Source: Eledone cirrhosa
Lineage: Eukaryota
DNA length: 64,000 nt
Reading direction: 5' to 3'
Assembly (NCBI GenBank): GCA_964016885.1
Contig: OZ024754.1
Location: forward strand, 26,598,001 to 26,662,000
Under the pieces are notes generated by a model. The model worked only from the letters and a program-made list of their open reading frames with translations. It was not told the origin of the DNA and did no database searches. Position numbers and translations under genes: made by a program. Below, in pieces: positions 21,285 to 37,200 of the stretch (its first letter is position 1; each line of letters opens with the position of its first letter).

Positions 21285-22780
21285 ATAATAATAAAATTAA
21301 AGACTAAAATCCAAAGAGGACTCGATAAGGAAAATATATATCAAATATATAAGAACCGTAGAGCAAATATTTATTAAAATAACAGATTAAAGTTTAAGCA
21401 AAGAATCGCTGCTTTCACCCTTAACGGGATCTTCTGAAACTAACAAAGTCAATCTGTAAACGCAGAACTGGATATTTCAAAAAACGTTGCAACCGGAGGA
21501 AGACAGGAAGACGATACTTTGGTTCGTGGAAACGTTCGCTGGCAAAGAACAGGAAAAAACGAATAATACGTCATTAATAGGAGCGGTGAAAAACAATTAC
21601 GCGCAAAGACAGAACCACGTTTATGGTATAAAAGAGGTCGTAGACTAATGTTCTCTTAGGTGGTGCATAGAGACGTTCTCTGGCAATGAACGAAAAAACG
21701 AAGATAATAAGTCATATGTGGAGCGTGGAGAACAAAGCACGCAAAGACAAAACCACGTAAATGGTATAGCAGAAGTCGTAGACTAAAATTCTAACTAGGC
21801 GACCAAATGAATCTCCGCTACAGAGTTAAGAACAAAGTAAATAAATACAATACAGAAGTAATAGAAACAAATAAATACATACACGCAAACAGATACGTAC
21901 ATACACAAGCATACGCAAAACCTTACCATAGGTATACAAAACCACGCACATATAAATATGTGTGTGTGTGTGTATGCTTGTGTACAAATAAATAAATAAT
22001 TATATAAACGTATATAAGTAAATAAATACGTATATAACAAGCGCACACACATACCTACATATAAATACACGAATGTTCGGAGACGTAAGTCAACTAAAAC
22101 AAGAAGTACACATATACACACACCCACCATACGTACGAACCTGCATACTCACGCAGACGTAAAACTCCCGTATACACATAGCCAAACCCTAAATACCAGA
22201 ATATGTAAAGATTATACGCCATACCAGTCAAATATACGTACGAGAAGGTATACATACCTTCACAAAACATACGGGTAATATATACTTACCTATGCAAATA
22301 AGTAAAGGAATAAACAAAACATATACTTAGCTCCCACATCAAGACGTAAAATATCCACGTATAGATCGTGCTATCCGTTAGGGTATAACGTGGGGCTGTA
22401 ATACAGGAAAGTTTTGTGCAATTTATGTTTACAAGCCGAAATTGCCTCAGATTTTTTGTTTAAGATGTGGTCTGTGGCGTAGAGTATTTCCAGGGCCTCA
22501 GCGGCGCAGAGGTCACATGGTCTTTTATTTCCGTTATACGATCTAGCCCTAGCTAGGATCTCCCAGTGTAACTTATATTGGGTGTGGTTGTCTTTTAGAC
22601 TCCAGATATAAGCTGAAAGTGACGTCATATTCCTTCTTAGTTATTTAATAAATATATATATATATTATAACTTAATAAATATATATATATATAGTAATAA
22701 TAATAAATTTGAAGACTAAAATCCAAAGGGTGAAAGCAGCGATTCTTTGCTTAAACTTTAATCTGTTATTTTAATAAATA
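21281..22780 (-). mobile_element. 5'-truncated PLE (third family): GIY-YIG C-terminus, long 3' UTR, and an upstream direct+inverted terminal fragment
   Basis: ORF 22371..22628 (TSLSAYIWSLK..CDLCAAE..CKH) is homologous to the end of the 794-aa ORF. 22693-22726 repeats 21281-21316; 22727-22780 is the reverse complement of ~21368-21421. Confidence 0.85.
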
Positions 22781-22796
22781 TATATATATATATATA

Positions 22797-23817
22797 TAAC
22801 TTTGAATAACTTTGAAATGTTTTGGCCAGTATTGGCCCAGGCCATGTCTAACTTAATAGCACCACCTGGCGAAGTCTTTCAATTCAGGATTTGGGCACCA
22901 TGGCCCATTCGAGAAGAGAATTACTGTTTGCGGTGACATATCCGGGTGTGGGTAGTTTGTCCGGGATTACTTGGAGGAATTTGTCCAAAGACTTCTTGAA
23001 TTTTGTGTGGTCAGTTTCTGTTTTGACGTGTCCTGGTGTGATGTTGAAGAGAGCAGGGCCAATTGAGGTGAAATAATTGTGCCGTATTGTTGTTATGAGT
23101 TGCGATTTAGATTTTTGTTTTGGACGGATAGCACGGGGCCCAAGCCTTGGGTGTATTTTGAAGGTGATGCCAACATCATTTGGGCAGTGCTGATGAAACA
23201 TTTTCCACATCATGCAGATAATATAACGCTCACGGCGACGTTGGAGTGAGTAAAGTCTCAGCTCTTCTAGTCGACCCCAGTAGTCAAGGTCTGACATGCC
23301 ATCTATCTTTTTCGTGATTGCCCTTTGGGGAGCTTCAAGTTTCATGATACTTTGTTTCGTGTGGGGAGACCACAGTGGACAACAGTATTCAAGGTGTGGT
23401 CGGGCAAAAGTGGAGAAGAGAAGGATAATGGTGTGGGAATCTCTCGACTGGAAGGTTCTGAGGATCCAGGAACACATTCTGCGGGCCATGTCAACTTTGC
23501 TGCTTATATGCGTGGCTCAGCTTATGTTGCTGTCCACGGTTACTCCCAAGTCTCTGATGTTGTTAGATGCCACGAGAGTTTCACCGGAGGGAAGGGAGTA
23601 CGGGAGTTTCAGAGCATCCTCTTTTCCAAAGTGGATCAGTTCGAATTTGTCTTCGTTCAGTAACATGTTGTTCTTTTCCGCCCATTGGGTAACAGCCAGT
23701 AGGTTTGACTGAAGGCTTATCCGGTCATCCACGCTATTGATGACCTTTTGGAGCTTGGAATAATCAGCGAAAATTCTAATGTTGCTGTGTTTGATGAAAA
23801 CAGAGCAGTATTGTTTC

Positions 23818-23820
<3 letters not shown>
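22797..23820 (-). mobile_element. CR1-like LINE 3' fragment with a short tandem tail
   Basis: IFADYSKL (FADD-like), RDLGV, RPHLEYCCPLWSP, RLEELRLYSLQRRRER. Tail aactttgaat x2 at ~22798-22818. Confidence 0.85.
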
Positions 23821-23859
<39 letters not shown>

Positions 23860-23867
23860 GATACACG

Positions 23868-23921
<54 letters not shown>

Positions 23922-23955
23922 GATACACATATATATATATGTATGTGTGTATGTA

Positions 23956-24037
<82 letters not shown>

Positions 24038-24060
24038 TATATGTATAAATATATATATAT

Positions 24061-24490
24061 ATATTTGTTATAAGAACAGATTAAAGTATAAGCAAAGAAT
24101 CGCTGCTTTCAACATTCACGGGATCTTCTGAAACTAAACAGAAGTAAATATTTCGAGAAACGTTGCAACCGAAGGAAAACAGAAAAACGATATTTCGGTT
24201 CGTGAAGACGTTCCCTGGTAATGAACGGAAAAAAAGCGAGGATAATACGTCGTAATGTGGACCGAGAAGAACAATTTCATGCAAAGACAAGACCAAGTTT
24301 ATGGTGTAAATGGAGTCGTTAGACTAATATTCTATTTAAAAGAACCGAATGATTTCCAGCCCCGGAGTTTAAGAATGATGTAAATAAAATTGAAAACGAA
24401 AATGAAAGTAAATAGTGAAGATTTAGGCCAGAACATACGTATGCGCCGACGGACATACACATACATATACATACGCACACACAAATACAT

Positions 24491-24530
<40 letters not shown>
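24061..24530 (-). mobile_element. Diverged terminal fragment of PLE family 3
   Basis: aacagattaaag..gcaaagaatcgctgctttca..gggatcttctgaaactaa matches 21380-21445. Confidence 0.75.
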
Positions 24531-24532
<2 letters not shown>

Positions 24533-24539
24533 GCACGCA

Positions 24540-24972
24540 TGTGTGTATGTAAGCCTTATGCATTTTTACAGTATTTTCACCAAACTTAAGACATAGGTTA
24601 CTTATGTACTCCGGATGGTCATGGGTACTTTCATTTTTCCAGATATTGATTATAGGGCCCCCCGGCAGATAACCCCCTTTAACCGCTTCCTTGGAATCGA
24701 CTGAAGCACTGCAGTGCAATACAACAAAACGTCATAACTTCTGGAGTTCGCAACCGATTTTCACAAAACTTGACACATGGGCTACGTTTGATCTACAGAT
24801 AAATGTGAATTGGCACATATTGAGTAGGGGAACCCTGGGGGCAGGAACCCATTTTGGGAAAAAGCCGATGATTTTGTAAAAGTATAGTTTTCGAAGTAGC
24901 ACTGAAGTATTGACATAAATGGTATACATAACTGCTATTTAATACTCGAGCAACGCCGGGTACCCCTGCTAG
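24540..24972 (+). mobile_element. Non-autonomous Helitron-like element (5' boundary approximate)
   Basis: 3' end ctcgagcaacgccggg (hairpin) tacccctg CTAG|t. Subterminal ccgattttcacaaaactt motifs. Confidence 0.65.
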
Positions 24973-25015
<43 letters not shown>

Positions 25016-25058
25016 ATATATATAAATATATATACATACATATATATACATATACATG

Positions 25059-25116
<58 letters not shown>

Positions 25117-26965
25117 GTAATAATAATAAATTTGAAGACTAAAATCCAAAGAGGGCTCGATAAGGATAAATATATATCAAATATATAAGAACCGTAGAGC
25201 AAATATTTATTAAAATAACAGATTAAAGTTTAAGCAAAGAATCGCTGCTTTCACCCTTAACGGGATCTTCTGAAACTAACAAAGTCAATCTGTGAACGCA
25301 GAAGTGAATATTTCAAAAAACGTTGCAACCGGAGGAAGACAGGAAGACGATACTTTGGTTCGTGGAAACGGTCCCTGGCAAAGAACGGGATAATACGTCA
25401 TTATTTGGAGCGGTGAAAAACAATTACACGCAAATACAAAACCATGTTTATCGTAGACTAATATTCTCTTAGGTGGTTCATAGAGACGTTCTCTGGCAAT
25501 GAACGGAAAAAACGAAGATATTACGTCATATGTGGAGCGTGGAGAACAATTGCACGCAAAGACAAAACCACGTAAATGGTATAGCTGAAGTCGTAGACTA
25601 AAATTCTAACTAGGAAACCGAATGAATCTCGGCTTCAGAGTTAAGAATAAAGTAAATAAAAAACAGAGGTAATTGAAATTAAAAAATACATACACGCATC
25701 CATATACATACATACACAAGCATAAGCGAAAACACTCGCCATAAGTATACAAATACACGCACATATAAATATGTGTGCGTGTGTGTGCGTGTATACAAAG
25801 AATTAAATAAACGTATATAAATAAATAAATACGTATATAACCAGCGCACACACATACCTACATGTAAATACACATATGTTCGGAGACGTACGTCAACCAA
25901 CACACGAAGTACACACATACACACACCCTACATACGTACGAACCCGTATACTCACACAGACGCAAAACTCACGTATACACATAACCAAAAGCATATGTAC
26001 CAGAATATATAAAAAATATACGCCATAACATATACAATCAAATATACGTACGATAAAGTATACGTGCCTTCACAAACATACAGGTAATATATACTTACCT
26101 ATACAAATAAGTAATGGTATAAACATAACATATACTTAGCGTATAATATCGGCGTATAGATCGTACTATCCGTTAGGGTATAACGTGGGGCTGTAATACA
26201 GGAAAGTTTTGTGCAATTTATGTTTACAAGCCGAAATTGCCTCAGATGTGGTCTGTGGCGTAGAGTATTTCCAGAGCCTCAGCGGCGCAGAGGTAACATG
26301 GTCTTTTATTTCCGTTATACGATCTAGCCCTAGCTAGGATCTCCCAGTATAACTTATATTGGGTGTGGTTGTCTTTTAGACTCCAGATATAAGCTGAAAG
26401 TGACGTCATATTCCTTCTTAGAGGGTAACGAAAAGAATGGGTATGCATGTAAAGACGCTGCTTGAATCTATTGGCGGTTAACCCTATGTAGGCCCTACGG
26501 GACGTGGGTGTTTCAACCTTACATTTGTAGACAATGTTACTAGAGGCATTTCCCGGATAGGGGGCAATCAAGCCGATTCCTACAATTACAGTTAGTACTA
26601 ACTACAGGGTTGCACGTATTCCTACGGCTAGGTAGTTTAGCTAAATTTGAAGCTGTGATGTTATGTGCAAGGTTAGGAGTCGTATTAAAAATGCTACTAT
26701 ATTTATGTGTAGGGGGAAAATGCTTCGTAATAAGGGATAGAAAGATCTTAGCTAATGGTGTGGCCACCTCCATATTATATGGTGGGTTATACCATATAAT
26801 GCGCTGGGATCTATTTCTTCTAGGTCTATTCTCGTACTCTGTATATGCTACCTTATCGACAAATCCACTCCGAGCAAGAGCTTCATTGTAATATGTGGAA
26901 TGGTCGTTGAAAATATGCTCGTTAGTAGATAAATGTAGCCAAGCATAGGATAGGGCTAAAGAATT
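25117..26965 (-). mobile_element. 5'-truncated, frameshifted PLE (family 3, longer copy)
   Basis: ORFs 26540..27001 and 26242..26571: YYNEAL..SG, IIWYNPPY, CNCRNRLDCPLSGKC, IVYKC..AYIGLT..FKQR. 3' UTR matches 21281-22640. Confidence 0.88.
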
Positions 26966-27714
26966 TTTTTTGTTATTGCTGATATTATCTCCCGGTCGCA
27001 ACTCTTGACAGAAGAAGCAACGTGAAATAAAGAATTTTGGTGAAGAAAATAATCCGCAGTGCGGTCACGGATTCGAAATCACGATCGTAAGCCCAACACC
27101 CTGACCACTAACCCACTCGCCGTCATTAAAGAATGCTGTAGATACTGTAATTTAACTAAAACATCTTAACAAAATTCGTCACGTTGGTCACAAATCCAAA
27201 GAGAAGGTGATAAACAAAGTAGATTGAATGATTAAGAGTCTGACACTCTATTTTTCAAGATTATGACAAAAATATCAAAGACTGCTATGGAACCAAAATA
27301 TCAGACAGTAGAAAAACCTCGGGTTTGAATTCGTAAAAAAATGTTTTAGATATCACTTATCCCTGATATATCCCTTGTGGCATCAATCTATCTTATCTCG
27401 ACATCTCACCTCTTCTCCAAGCACACAGACACATCCATACGCACACACACACACACACACACAGACACATATAGATATACATACACTCACTCAAACATAC
27501 ACGCACAAACTCACGTACACGCCCATACATACGCTCACACACATATACACAGAAGACAGATACCCACACAGATGTACACACACTCATACACAGATATAAT
27601 ATACATTTTCACATACACAGACTCATGCATATACATACACACCCACATAGTCAAACACGTATACTCCCGCAGTGATACACTCACACACAAACACATACGC
27701 CGCAGATATACATT

Positions 27715-30700
27715 CACACACAAACACACATACTCTGCTGTAATACACCCACACACAAACACACATACTCCGCTGTCATATACTCACACACAATTACACA
27801 TACTCTGCTGTCTTACACTCACACACAAACACACATACTCTGCTGTAATACACCCACACACAAACACACATACTCCGCTGTCATACACTCACACACAAAT
27901 ACACATACTCCGCTGTCATACACTCACACACAAACACACATACTCTGCTGTCATACACCCACACACAAACACACATCCTCCGCTGTCATACACTCACACA
28001 CAAATACACATACTCCGCTGTCATACACTCACACACAAACACACATACTCTGCTGTAATACACCCACACACAAACACAACACTCCGCTGTCATACACTCA
28101 CACACAATTACACATACTCCGCTGTCATACACTCACACACAATTACACATACTCCGCTGTCATACACCCACACACAATTACACATACTCCGCTGTCATAC
28201 ACCCATACACACACACACATACTCCGCTGCCATACACTCACATTCAATTACACATACTCCGCTGTCATACACCCACACACAATTACACATACTCCGCTGT
28301 CATACACTCACACACAAACACACATACTCTGCTGTCATACACTCACACACAAACACACATACTCTGCTGTAATACACCCACACACAAACACACATCCTCC
28401 GCTGTCATACACTCACACACAAATACACATACTCCGCTGTCATACACTCACACACAAACACACATACTCTGCTGTAATACACCCACACACAATTACACAT
28501 ACTCCGCTGTCATACACTCACATACAATTACACATACTCCGCTGTAATACACTCAGACACTAACAAACACATACTCCGCTGTCATACACCAACACACAAT
28601 TACACATACTCCGCTGTCATACACCCACACACAAACACACATACTCTGCTGTCATACACTCACACACAAACACACATACTCCGCTGTCATACACCCACAC
28701 ACAATTACACATACTCCGCTGTCATGCACCCACACACAAACACACATACTCCGCTGTCATACACTCACACACAAACACACATACTCCGCTGTCATACACC
28801 CACACACAATTACACATACTCCGCTGTCATACACTCACACACAAACACACATACTCCGCTGTCATACACTCACACACAAACACACATCCTCCGCTGTAAT
28901 ACACTCACACACAATTACACATACTCCGCTGTAATACACTCACACACAATTACACACACTCCGCTGTCATACACTCACACACAGTTACACATACTCTGCT
29001 GTCATACACCCACACACAATTACACATACTCCGCTGTCATACACTCACATACAATTACACATACTCCGCTGTAATACACTCACACACAAACACACATACT
29101 CCGCTGTCATACACCCACACACAATTACACACACTCCGCTGTCATACACCCACACACAAACTCTGCTGTCATACACTCACACACAAACACACATACTCCG
29201 CTGTCATACACCCACACACAATTACACATACTCAGCTGTCATACACCCACACACAAACACACATACTCTGCTGTCATACACCCACACACAATTACACATA
29301 CTCCGCTGTCATACACCCACACACAATTACACATACTCCGCTGTCATACACTCACGCACAAACACACATACTCCGCTGTCATACACTCACACACAATTAC
29401 ACATACTCCGCTGTAATACACCCACACACAATTACACATACTCCGCTGTAATACACCCACATACAAACACACATACTCCGCTGTCATACACCCACACACA
29501 ATTACACATACTCCGCTGTCATACACTCACGCACAAACACACATACTCCGCTGTCATACACTCACACACAATTACACATACTCCGCTGTAATACACCCAC
29601 ACACAATTACACATACTCCGCTGTAATACACCCACATACAAACACACATACTCCGCTGTCATACACTCACACACAAACACACATACTCCGCTGTCATACA
29701 CCCACACACAATTACAATACTCCGCTGTCATACACCCACACACAAACACACATACTCCGCTGTCATACACCCACACACAATTACACATACTCCGCTGTCA
29801 TACACCCACTCACAAACACACATACTCCGCTGTCATACACCCACACACAATTACACATACTCCGCTGTCATACACTCACACACAAACACACATACTCCGC
29901 TGTAATACACCCACACACAAACACACATACTCCGCTGTAATACACTCACACACAAACACACATACTCCGCTGTCATACACCCACACAGAATTACACATAC
30001 TCCGCTGTAATACACTCACACACAAACACACATACTCTGCTGTAATACACCCACACACAAACACACATACTCCGCTGTAATACACCCACACACAATTACA
30101 CATACTCCGCTGTCATACACCCACACACAATTACACATACTCCGCTGTAATACACTCACACACAAACACACATACTCTGCTGTAATACACCCACACACAA
30201 ACACAACACTCCGCTGTCATACACTCACACACAATTACACATACTCCGCTGTCATACACTCACACACAATTACACATACTCCGCTGTCATACACCCACAC
30301 ACAATTACACATACTCCGCTGTCATACACCCATACACACACACACATACTCCGCTGCCATACACTCACATTCAATTACACATACTCCGCTGTCATACACC
30401 CACACACAATTACACATACTCCGCTGTCATACACTCACACACAAACACACATACTCTGCTGTCATACACTCACACACAAACACACATACTCTGCTGTAAT
30501 ACACCCACACACAAACACACATACTCCGCTGTCATACACTCACACACAAACACACATACTCCGCTGTCATACACTCACACACAAACACACATACTCTGCT
30601 GTAATACACCCACACACAAACACACATACTCCGCTGTCATACACTCACACACAAACACACATACTCTGCTGTAATACACCCACACACAAACACACATACT

Positions 30701-33580
30701 CTGCTGTAATACACCCACACACAAACACACATCCTCCGCTGTCATACACTCACACACAAATACACATACTCCGCTGTCATACACTCACACACAAACACAC
30801 ATACTCTGCTGTAATACACCCACACACAATTACACATACTCCGTTGTCATACACTCACATACAATTACACATACTCCGCTGTAATACACTCACACACTAA
30901 CAAACACATACTCCGCAGTCATACACCAACACACAATTACACATAAAACGCTGTCATACACCCACACACAAACACACATACTCTGCTGTCATACACTCAC
31001 ACACAAACACACATACTCCGCTGTCATACACCCACACACAATTACACATACTCCGCTGTCATACACCCACACACAAACACACATACTCCGCTGTCATACA
31101 CTCACACACAAACACACATACTCCGCTGTCATACACCCACACACAATTACACATACTCCGCTGTCATACACTCACACACAAACACACATACTCCGCTGTC
31201 ATACACTCACACACAAACACACATACTCCGCTGTAATACACTCACACACAATTACACATACTCCGCTGTAATACACTCACACACAATTACACATACTCCG
31301 CTGTCATACACTCACACACAATTACACATACTCTGCTGTCATACACCCACACACAATTACACATACTCCGCTGTCATACACTCACATACAATTACACATA
31401 CTCCGCTGTAATACACTCACACACAAACACACATACTCCGCTGTCATACACCCACACACAATTACACACACTCCGCTGTCATACACCCACACACAAACTC
31501 TGCTGTCATACACTCACACACAAACACACATACTCCGCTGTCATACACCCACACACAATTACACATACTCAGCTGTCATACACCCACACACAAACACACA
31601 TACTCTGCTGTCATACACCCACACACAATTACACATACTCCGCTGTCATACACCCACACACAATTACACATACTCCGCTGTCATACACTCACGCACAAAC
31701 ACACATACTCCGCTGTCATACACTCACACACAATTACACATACTCCGCTGTAATACACCCACACACAATTACACATACTCCGCTGTAATACACCCACATA
31801 CAAACACATACTCCGCTGTCATACACCCACACACAATTACACATACTCCGCTGTCATACACTCACGCACAAACACACATATTCCGCTGTCATACACTCAC
31901 ACACAAACACACATACTCCGCTGTCATACACCCACACACAATTACAATACTCCGCTGTCATACACCCACACACAAACCCATACTCCGCTGTCATACACCC
32001 ACACACAATTACACATACTCCGCTGTCATACACCCACTCACAAACACACATACTCCGCTGTCACACACCCACACACAATTACACATACTCCGCTGTCATA
32101 CACTCACACACAAACACACATACTCCGCTGTAATACACCCACACACAAACACACATACTCCGCTGTAATACACTCACACACAAACACACATACTCCGCTG
32201 TCATACACCCACACAGAATTACACATACTCCGCTGTAATACACTCACACACAAACACACATACTCTGCTGTAATACACCCACACACAAACACACATACTC
32301 CGCTGTAATACACCCACACACAATTACACATACTCCGCTGTCATACACCCACACACAATTACACATACTCCGCTGTAATACACTCACACACAAACTCTGC
32401 TGTAATACACCCACACACAAATACACATACTCTGCTGTAATACACCCACACACAAACACACATACTCCGCTGTAATACACCCACACACAATTACACATAC
32501 TCCGCTGTCATACACCCACACACAATTACACATACTCCGCTGTCATACACCCACACACAAATACACATACTCCGCTGTCATACACCCACACACAATTACA
32601 CATACTCCGCTGTAATACACCCACACACAATTACACATACTCCGCTGTAATACACTCACACACAAACACACATACTCCGCTGTCATACACCCACACACAA
32701 ACACACATACTCCGCTGTCATACACTCACACACAATTACACATACTCCGCTGTCATGCACCCACACACAATTACACATACTCCGCTGTCATACACTCACA
32801 CACAATTACACATACTCCGCTGTTATACACCTACACACAAACACACATACTCCGCTGTCATACACCCACACACAATTACACATACTCCGCTGTCATACAC
32901 CCACACACAATTACACATACTCCGCTGTCATACACCCACACACAATTACACATACTCCGCTGTCATACACCCACACACAATTACACATACTCCGCTGTCA
33001 TACACCCACACACAATTACACATACTCTGCTGTCATACACCCACACACAAATACACATACTCCGCTGTCATACACCCACACACAATTACACATACTCTGT
33101 TGTCATACACCCACACACAAATACACATACTCCGCTGTCATACACCCACACACAATTACACATACTCTGCTGTCATACACCCACACATAAACACACATAC
33201 TCTGCTGTCATACACCCACACACAATTACACATACTCCGCTGTCATACAGCCACACACAAATACACATACTCTGCTGTCATACACCCACACACAATTACA
33301 CATACTCTGTTGTCATACACCCACACACAAATACACATACTCCGCTGGCATACACCCACACACAATTACACATACTCTGCTGTAATACACCCACACACAA
33401 ACACACATCCTCCGCTGTCATACACTCACACACAATTACACATACTCCGCTGTCATACACCCACACACAATTACACATACTCCGCTGTCATACACCCACA
33501 CACAAACACACATCCTCCGCTGTCACACACAATTACACATACTCTGTTGTCAAACACCCACACACAAACACACATACTTC
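27715..33580. repeat. Satellite array, 35-bp CA-rich unit (actccgctgtcatacacccacacacaattacacat), roughly 165-170 copies
   Basis: Period of 35 read directly (actcc at 28151 and 28186). Edges degrade into CA-rich sequence. Confidence 0.95.
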
Positions 33581-33939
33581 TACAGATATAAACTCGCACA
33601 CAAACACACATACTTCTGCAGATATAAACTCACACACAACACACATACTTCTACAAATATAAACTCACACACAAACACACATACATACACACAAATAGAC
33701 GTTTCTTCATTAGAAATTTCATCACATCTACCAAAATCAATCATCCCTTGTTTCCTCGATAACCTTTGTTATCTTTTCTGACAAGAACTTATCAGTTCAT
33801 AAGAGACCCAAACAGGAACTCAGTTATTTTTAGAACAGAGCTTATTGTTTTTCAATTAAAAATTATCGAAATATCTTGTGGGATCTGTGGAAGACGTGTG
33901 TGTTGGAATTACCTGTGCTTCAGAAGATTACAACAGCTG

Positions 33940-34247
33940 TAGTGGACTCCGTCAGTTACAACTACGAGTATTCCTGTAAGTACGATCGACGCAACAACCT
34001 GCTCGTGAAATTAACGTGCATGTGGCTGAACATTCCACAGACACGTGCACCTTTAACCTAGTTGTCAGGGAGAGAGAGAGAGAGAGAGTCAGCGTGACAA
34101 AGAATGTGACAAGGCTGGCACTTTAGCGCTACAACTCATTTTTGTCAGCTGAGTGGACTGGAGCGACGTGAAATAAAGTGTCTTGCTCAAGGAAACAACG
34201 CGTCTCTGGTAATCGAACTCACGACCTGACGATTGTGAGTCGAATAC
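33940..34247 (-). mobile_element. tRNA-derived SINE (family B), head truncated at the satellite
   Basis: B-box reverse complement ggtaatcgaactc at ~34208-34220. aagtgtcttgctcaaggaaacaac is a common SINE post-head motif. Several degenerate copies elsewhere in the window. Confidence 0.75.
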
Positions 34248-37200
34248 CAGTTGCGCGAGGTATGGCTCGACCCGAGTTTATGGTAAATTTCAGTTGGCCA
34301 AGGTTTGACTCTACCCGAGGTTATGGTAAATACCAGTTGGCCAATGTTTGACTCAACCCGAGGTTATGGTAAATACCAGTTGGCCAATGTTTGACTCTAC
34401 CCGAGGTTATGGTAAATACCAGTTGGCCAATGTTTGACTCTACCCGTGGTTATTGTAAATACCAATTGGCCAATGTTTGACTCTACCCGAGGTTATGGTA
34501 AATACCAGTTGGCCAAGGTTTGACTCTACCCGAGGTTATGGTAAATACCAGTTGGCCAATGTTTGACTCTACCCGAGGTTATGGTAAATACCAGTTGGCC
34601 AATGTTTGACTCTACCCGAGGTTATGGTAAATACCAGTTGGCCAATGTTTGACTCTACCCGTGGTTATGGTAAATACCAATTGGCCAATGTTTGACTCTA
34701 CCCGAGGTTATGGTAAATACCAGTTGGCCAAGGTTTGACTCTACCCGAGGTTATGGTAAATACCAGTTGGCCAAGGTTTGAGTCTACCCGAGATTATGGA
34801 AAATACCAGTTGGCCAAGGTTTGACTCTACCCGAGGTTATGGTAAATACCAGTTGGCCAAGGTTTGACTCTACCCGAGGTTATGGTAAATACCAATTGGC
34901 CAAGGATTGACTCTACCCCATATTATGGTAAATACCAGTTGGCCAAGGTTTGACTCTACCCGAGGTTATGGTAAATACCAGTTGGCCAAGGTCTGACTCT
35001 ACCCGAGGTTATGGTAAATACCAATTGGCCAAGGATTGACTCTACCCCATATTATGGTAAATACCAGTTGGCCAAGGTTTGACTCTACCCGAGGTTATGG
35101 TAAATACCAATTGGCCAAGGATTGACTTTACCCCATATTATGGTAAATACCAGTTGGCCAAGGTTTGACTCTACCCGAGGTTATGGTAAATACCAATTGG
35201 CCAAGGATTGACTCTACCCAAGGTTATGGTAAATACTAGTTGGCCAATGTTTGACTCTACCCGTGGTTATGGTAATTACTAGTTGGCCAAGGTTTGACTC
35301 TACCCGACGTTATGGTAAATACCAATTGGCCAAGGTTTGACACTACCCGAGGTTATGGTAAATACCAGTTGACCAAGGTTTGACTCTACCCGAGATTATG
35401 GTAAATACCAGTTGGCCAAGGATTGACTCTACTCGAGGTTATGGTAAATACCAATTGGCCAAGGATTGACTCTACCCGAGGTTATGGTAAATACCAATTG
35501 GCCAAGGATTGACTCTACCCGTGGTTATGGTAAATACCAGTTGGCCAAGGATTGACTCTACCCGTGGTTATGGTAAATACCAATTGGCCAAGGATTGACT
35601 CTACCCGAGGTTATGGTAAATACCAATTGGCCAAGGATTGACTCTACCCGTGGTTATGGTAAATACCAGTTGGCCAAGGATTGACTCTACCCGTGGTTAT
35701 GGTAAATACCAGTTGGCCAAGGATTGACTCTACCCGAGGTTTTGGTAAATACCAATTGGCCAAGGATTGACTCTACCCGAGGTTATGGTAAATACCAATT
35801 GGCCAAGGATTGACTCTACCCGTGGTTATGGTAAATACCAATTGGCCAAGGATTGACTCTACCCGAGGTTATGGTAAATACCATTTGGCCAAGGTTTGAC
35901 TCTACACGAGATTATGGTAAATACCAATTGGCCAAGGATTGACTCTACCCGAGGTTATGGTAAATACCAGTTGGCCAATGTTTGACTCTACCCGTGGTTA
36001 TGGTAAATACCAATTGGCCAAGGATTGACTCTACCCGTGGTTATGGTAAATACCAGTTGGCCAAGGTTTGACTCTACCCGAGGTTATGGTAAATACCAAT
36101 TGGCCAAGGATTGACTCTACCCGTGGTTATGGTAAATACCAATTGGCCAAGGATTGACTCTACCCGTGGTTATGGTAAATACCAGTTGGCCAAGGTTTGA
36201 CTCTACCCGAGGTTATGGTAAATACCAGTTGGCCAAGGTTTGACTCTACCCGAGGTTATGGTAAATACCAATTGGCCAAGGATTGACTCTACCCGTGGTT
36301 ATGGTAAATACCAGTTGGCCAAGGTTTGACTCTACCCGAGGTTATGGTAAATACCAATTGGCCAAGGATTGACTCTACCCGAGGTCTATGGTAAATACTA
36401 GTTTGCCAAGGTTTGACTCTACCCGAGGTTATGGTAAATACCAATTGGCCAAGGATTGACTCTACCCGAGGTCTATGGTAAATACCAGTTGGCCAAGGTC
36501 TGACTCTACCCGAGGTTATGGTAAATACCAATTGGCCAAGGTTTGAATCTACCCGAGGTTATGGTAAATACCAGTTGGCCAATGTTTGACTCTACCCGAG
36601 TTTATGGTAAATACCAATTGGCCAAGGTTTGAATCTACCCGAAGTTATGGTAAATACCAGTTGGCCAATGTTTGACTCTACCCGAGGTTATGGTAAATAC
36701 CAATTGGCCAATGTTTGACTCTACCCGAGGTTATGGTAAATACCAATTGGCCAAGGTTTGACTCTACTTGAGGTTATGGTAAATACCAGTTGGCCAAGGT
36801 TTGACTCTACCCGAGGTTATGGTAAATACCAATTGGCCAATGTTTGACTCTACACGAAGTTATGGTAAATACCAATTGGCCAAGGTTTGACTCTACCCGA
36901 GGTTATGGTAAGTACCAATTGGCCAATGTTTGACTCTACCCGAGGTTATGGTAAATACCAATTGGCCAAGGTTTGACTTTACCCGAGGTTATGGTAAATA
37001 CCAGTTGGCCAAGGTCTGACTCTACCCGAGGTTATGGTAAATACCAATTGGCCAAGGTTTGAATCTACCCGAGGTTATGGTAAATACCAGTTGGCCAAGG
37101 TTTGACTCTACCCGAGTTTATGGTAAATACCAATTGGCCAAGGTTTGAATCTACCCGAGGTTATGGTAAATACCAGTTGGCCAAGGTCTGACTCTACCCG

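Noticed and set aside
21395-21445. Hammerhead in PLE family 3 (minus strand: CAGAAGA-tccc gttaa gggt-GAAA)
   Set aside because: Core-like words recur in three copies, but no stem I or stem III pairing could be found.
27377-33591. His/Thr-rich repeat proteins (331 aa, 278 aa)
   Set aside because: Chance open frames in a 35-bp (non-triplet) satellite.
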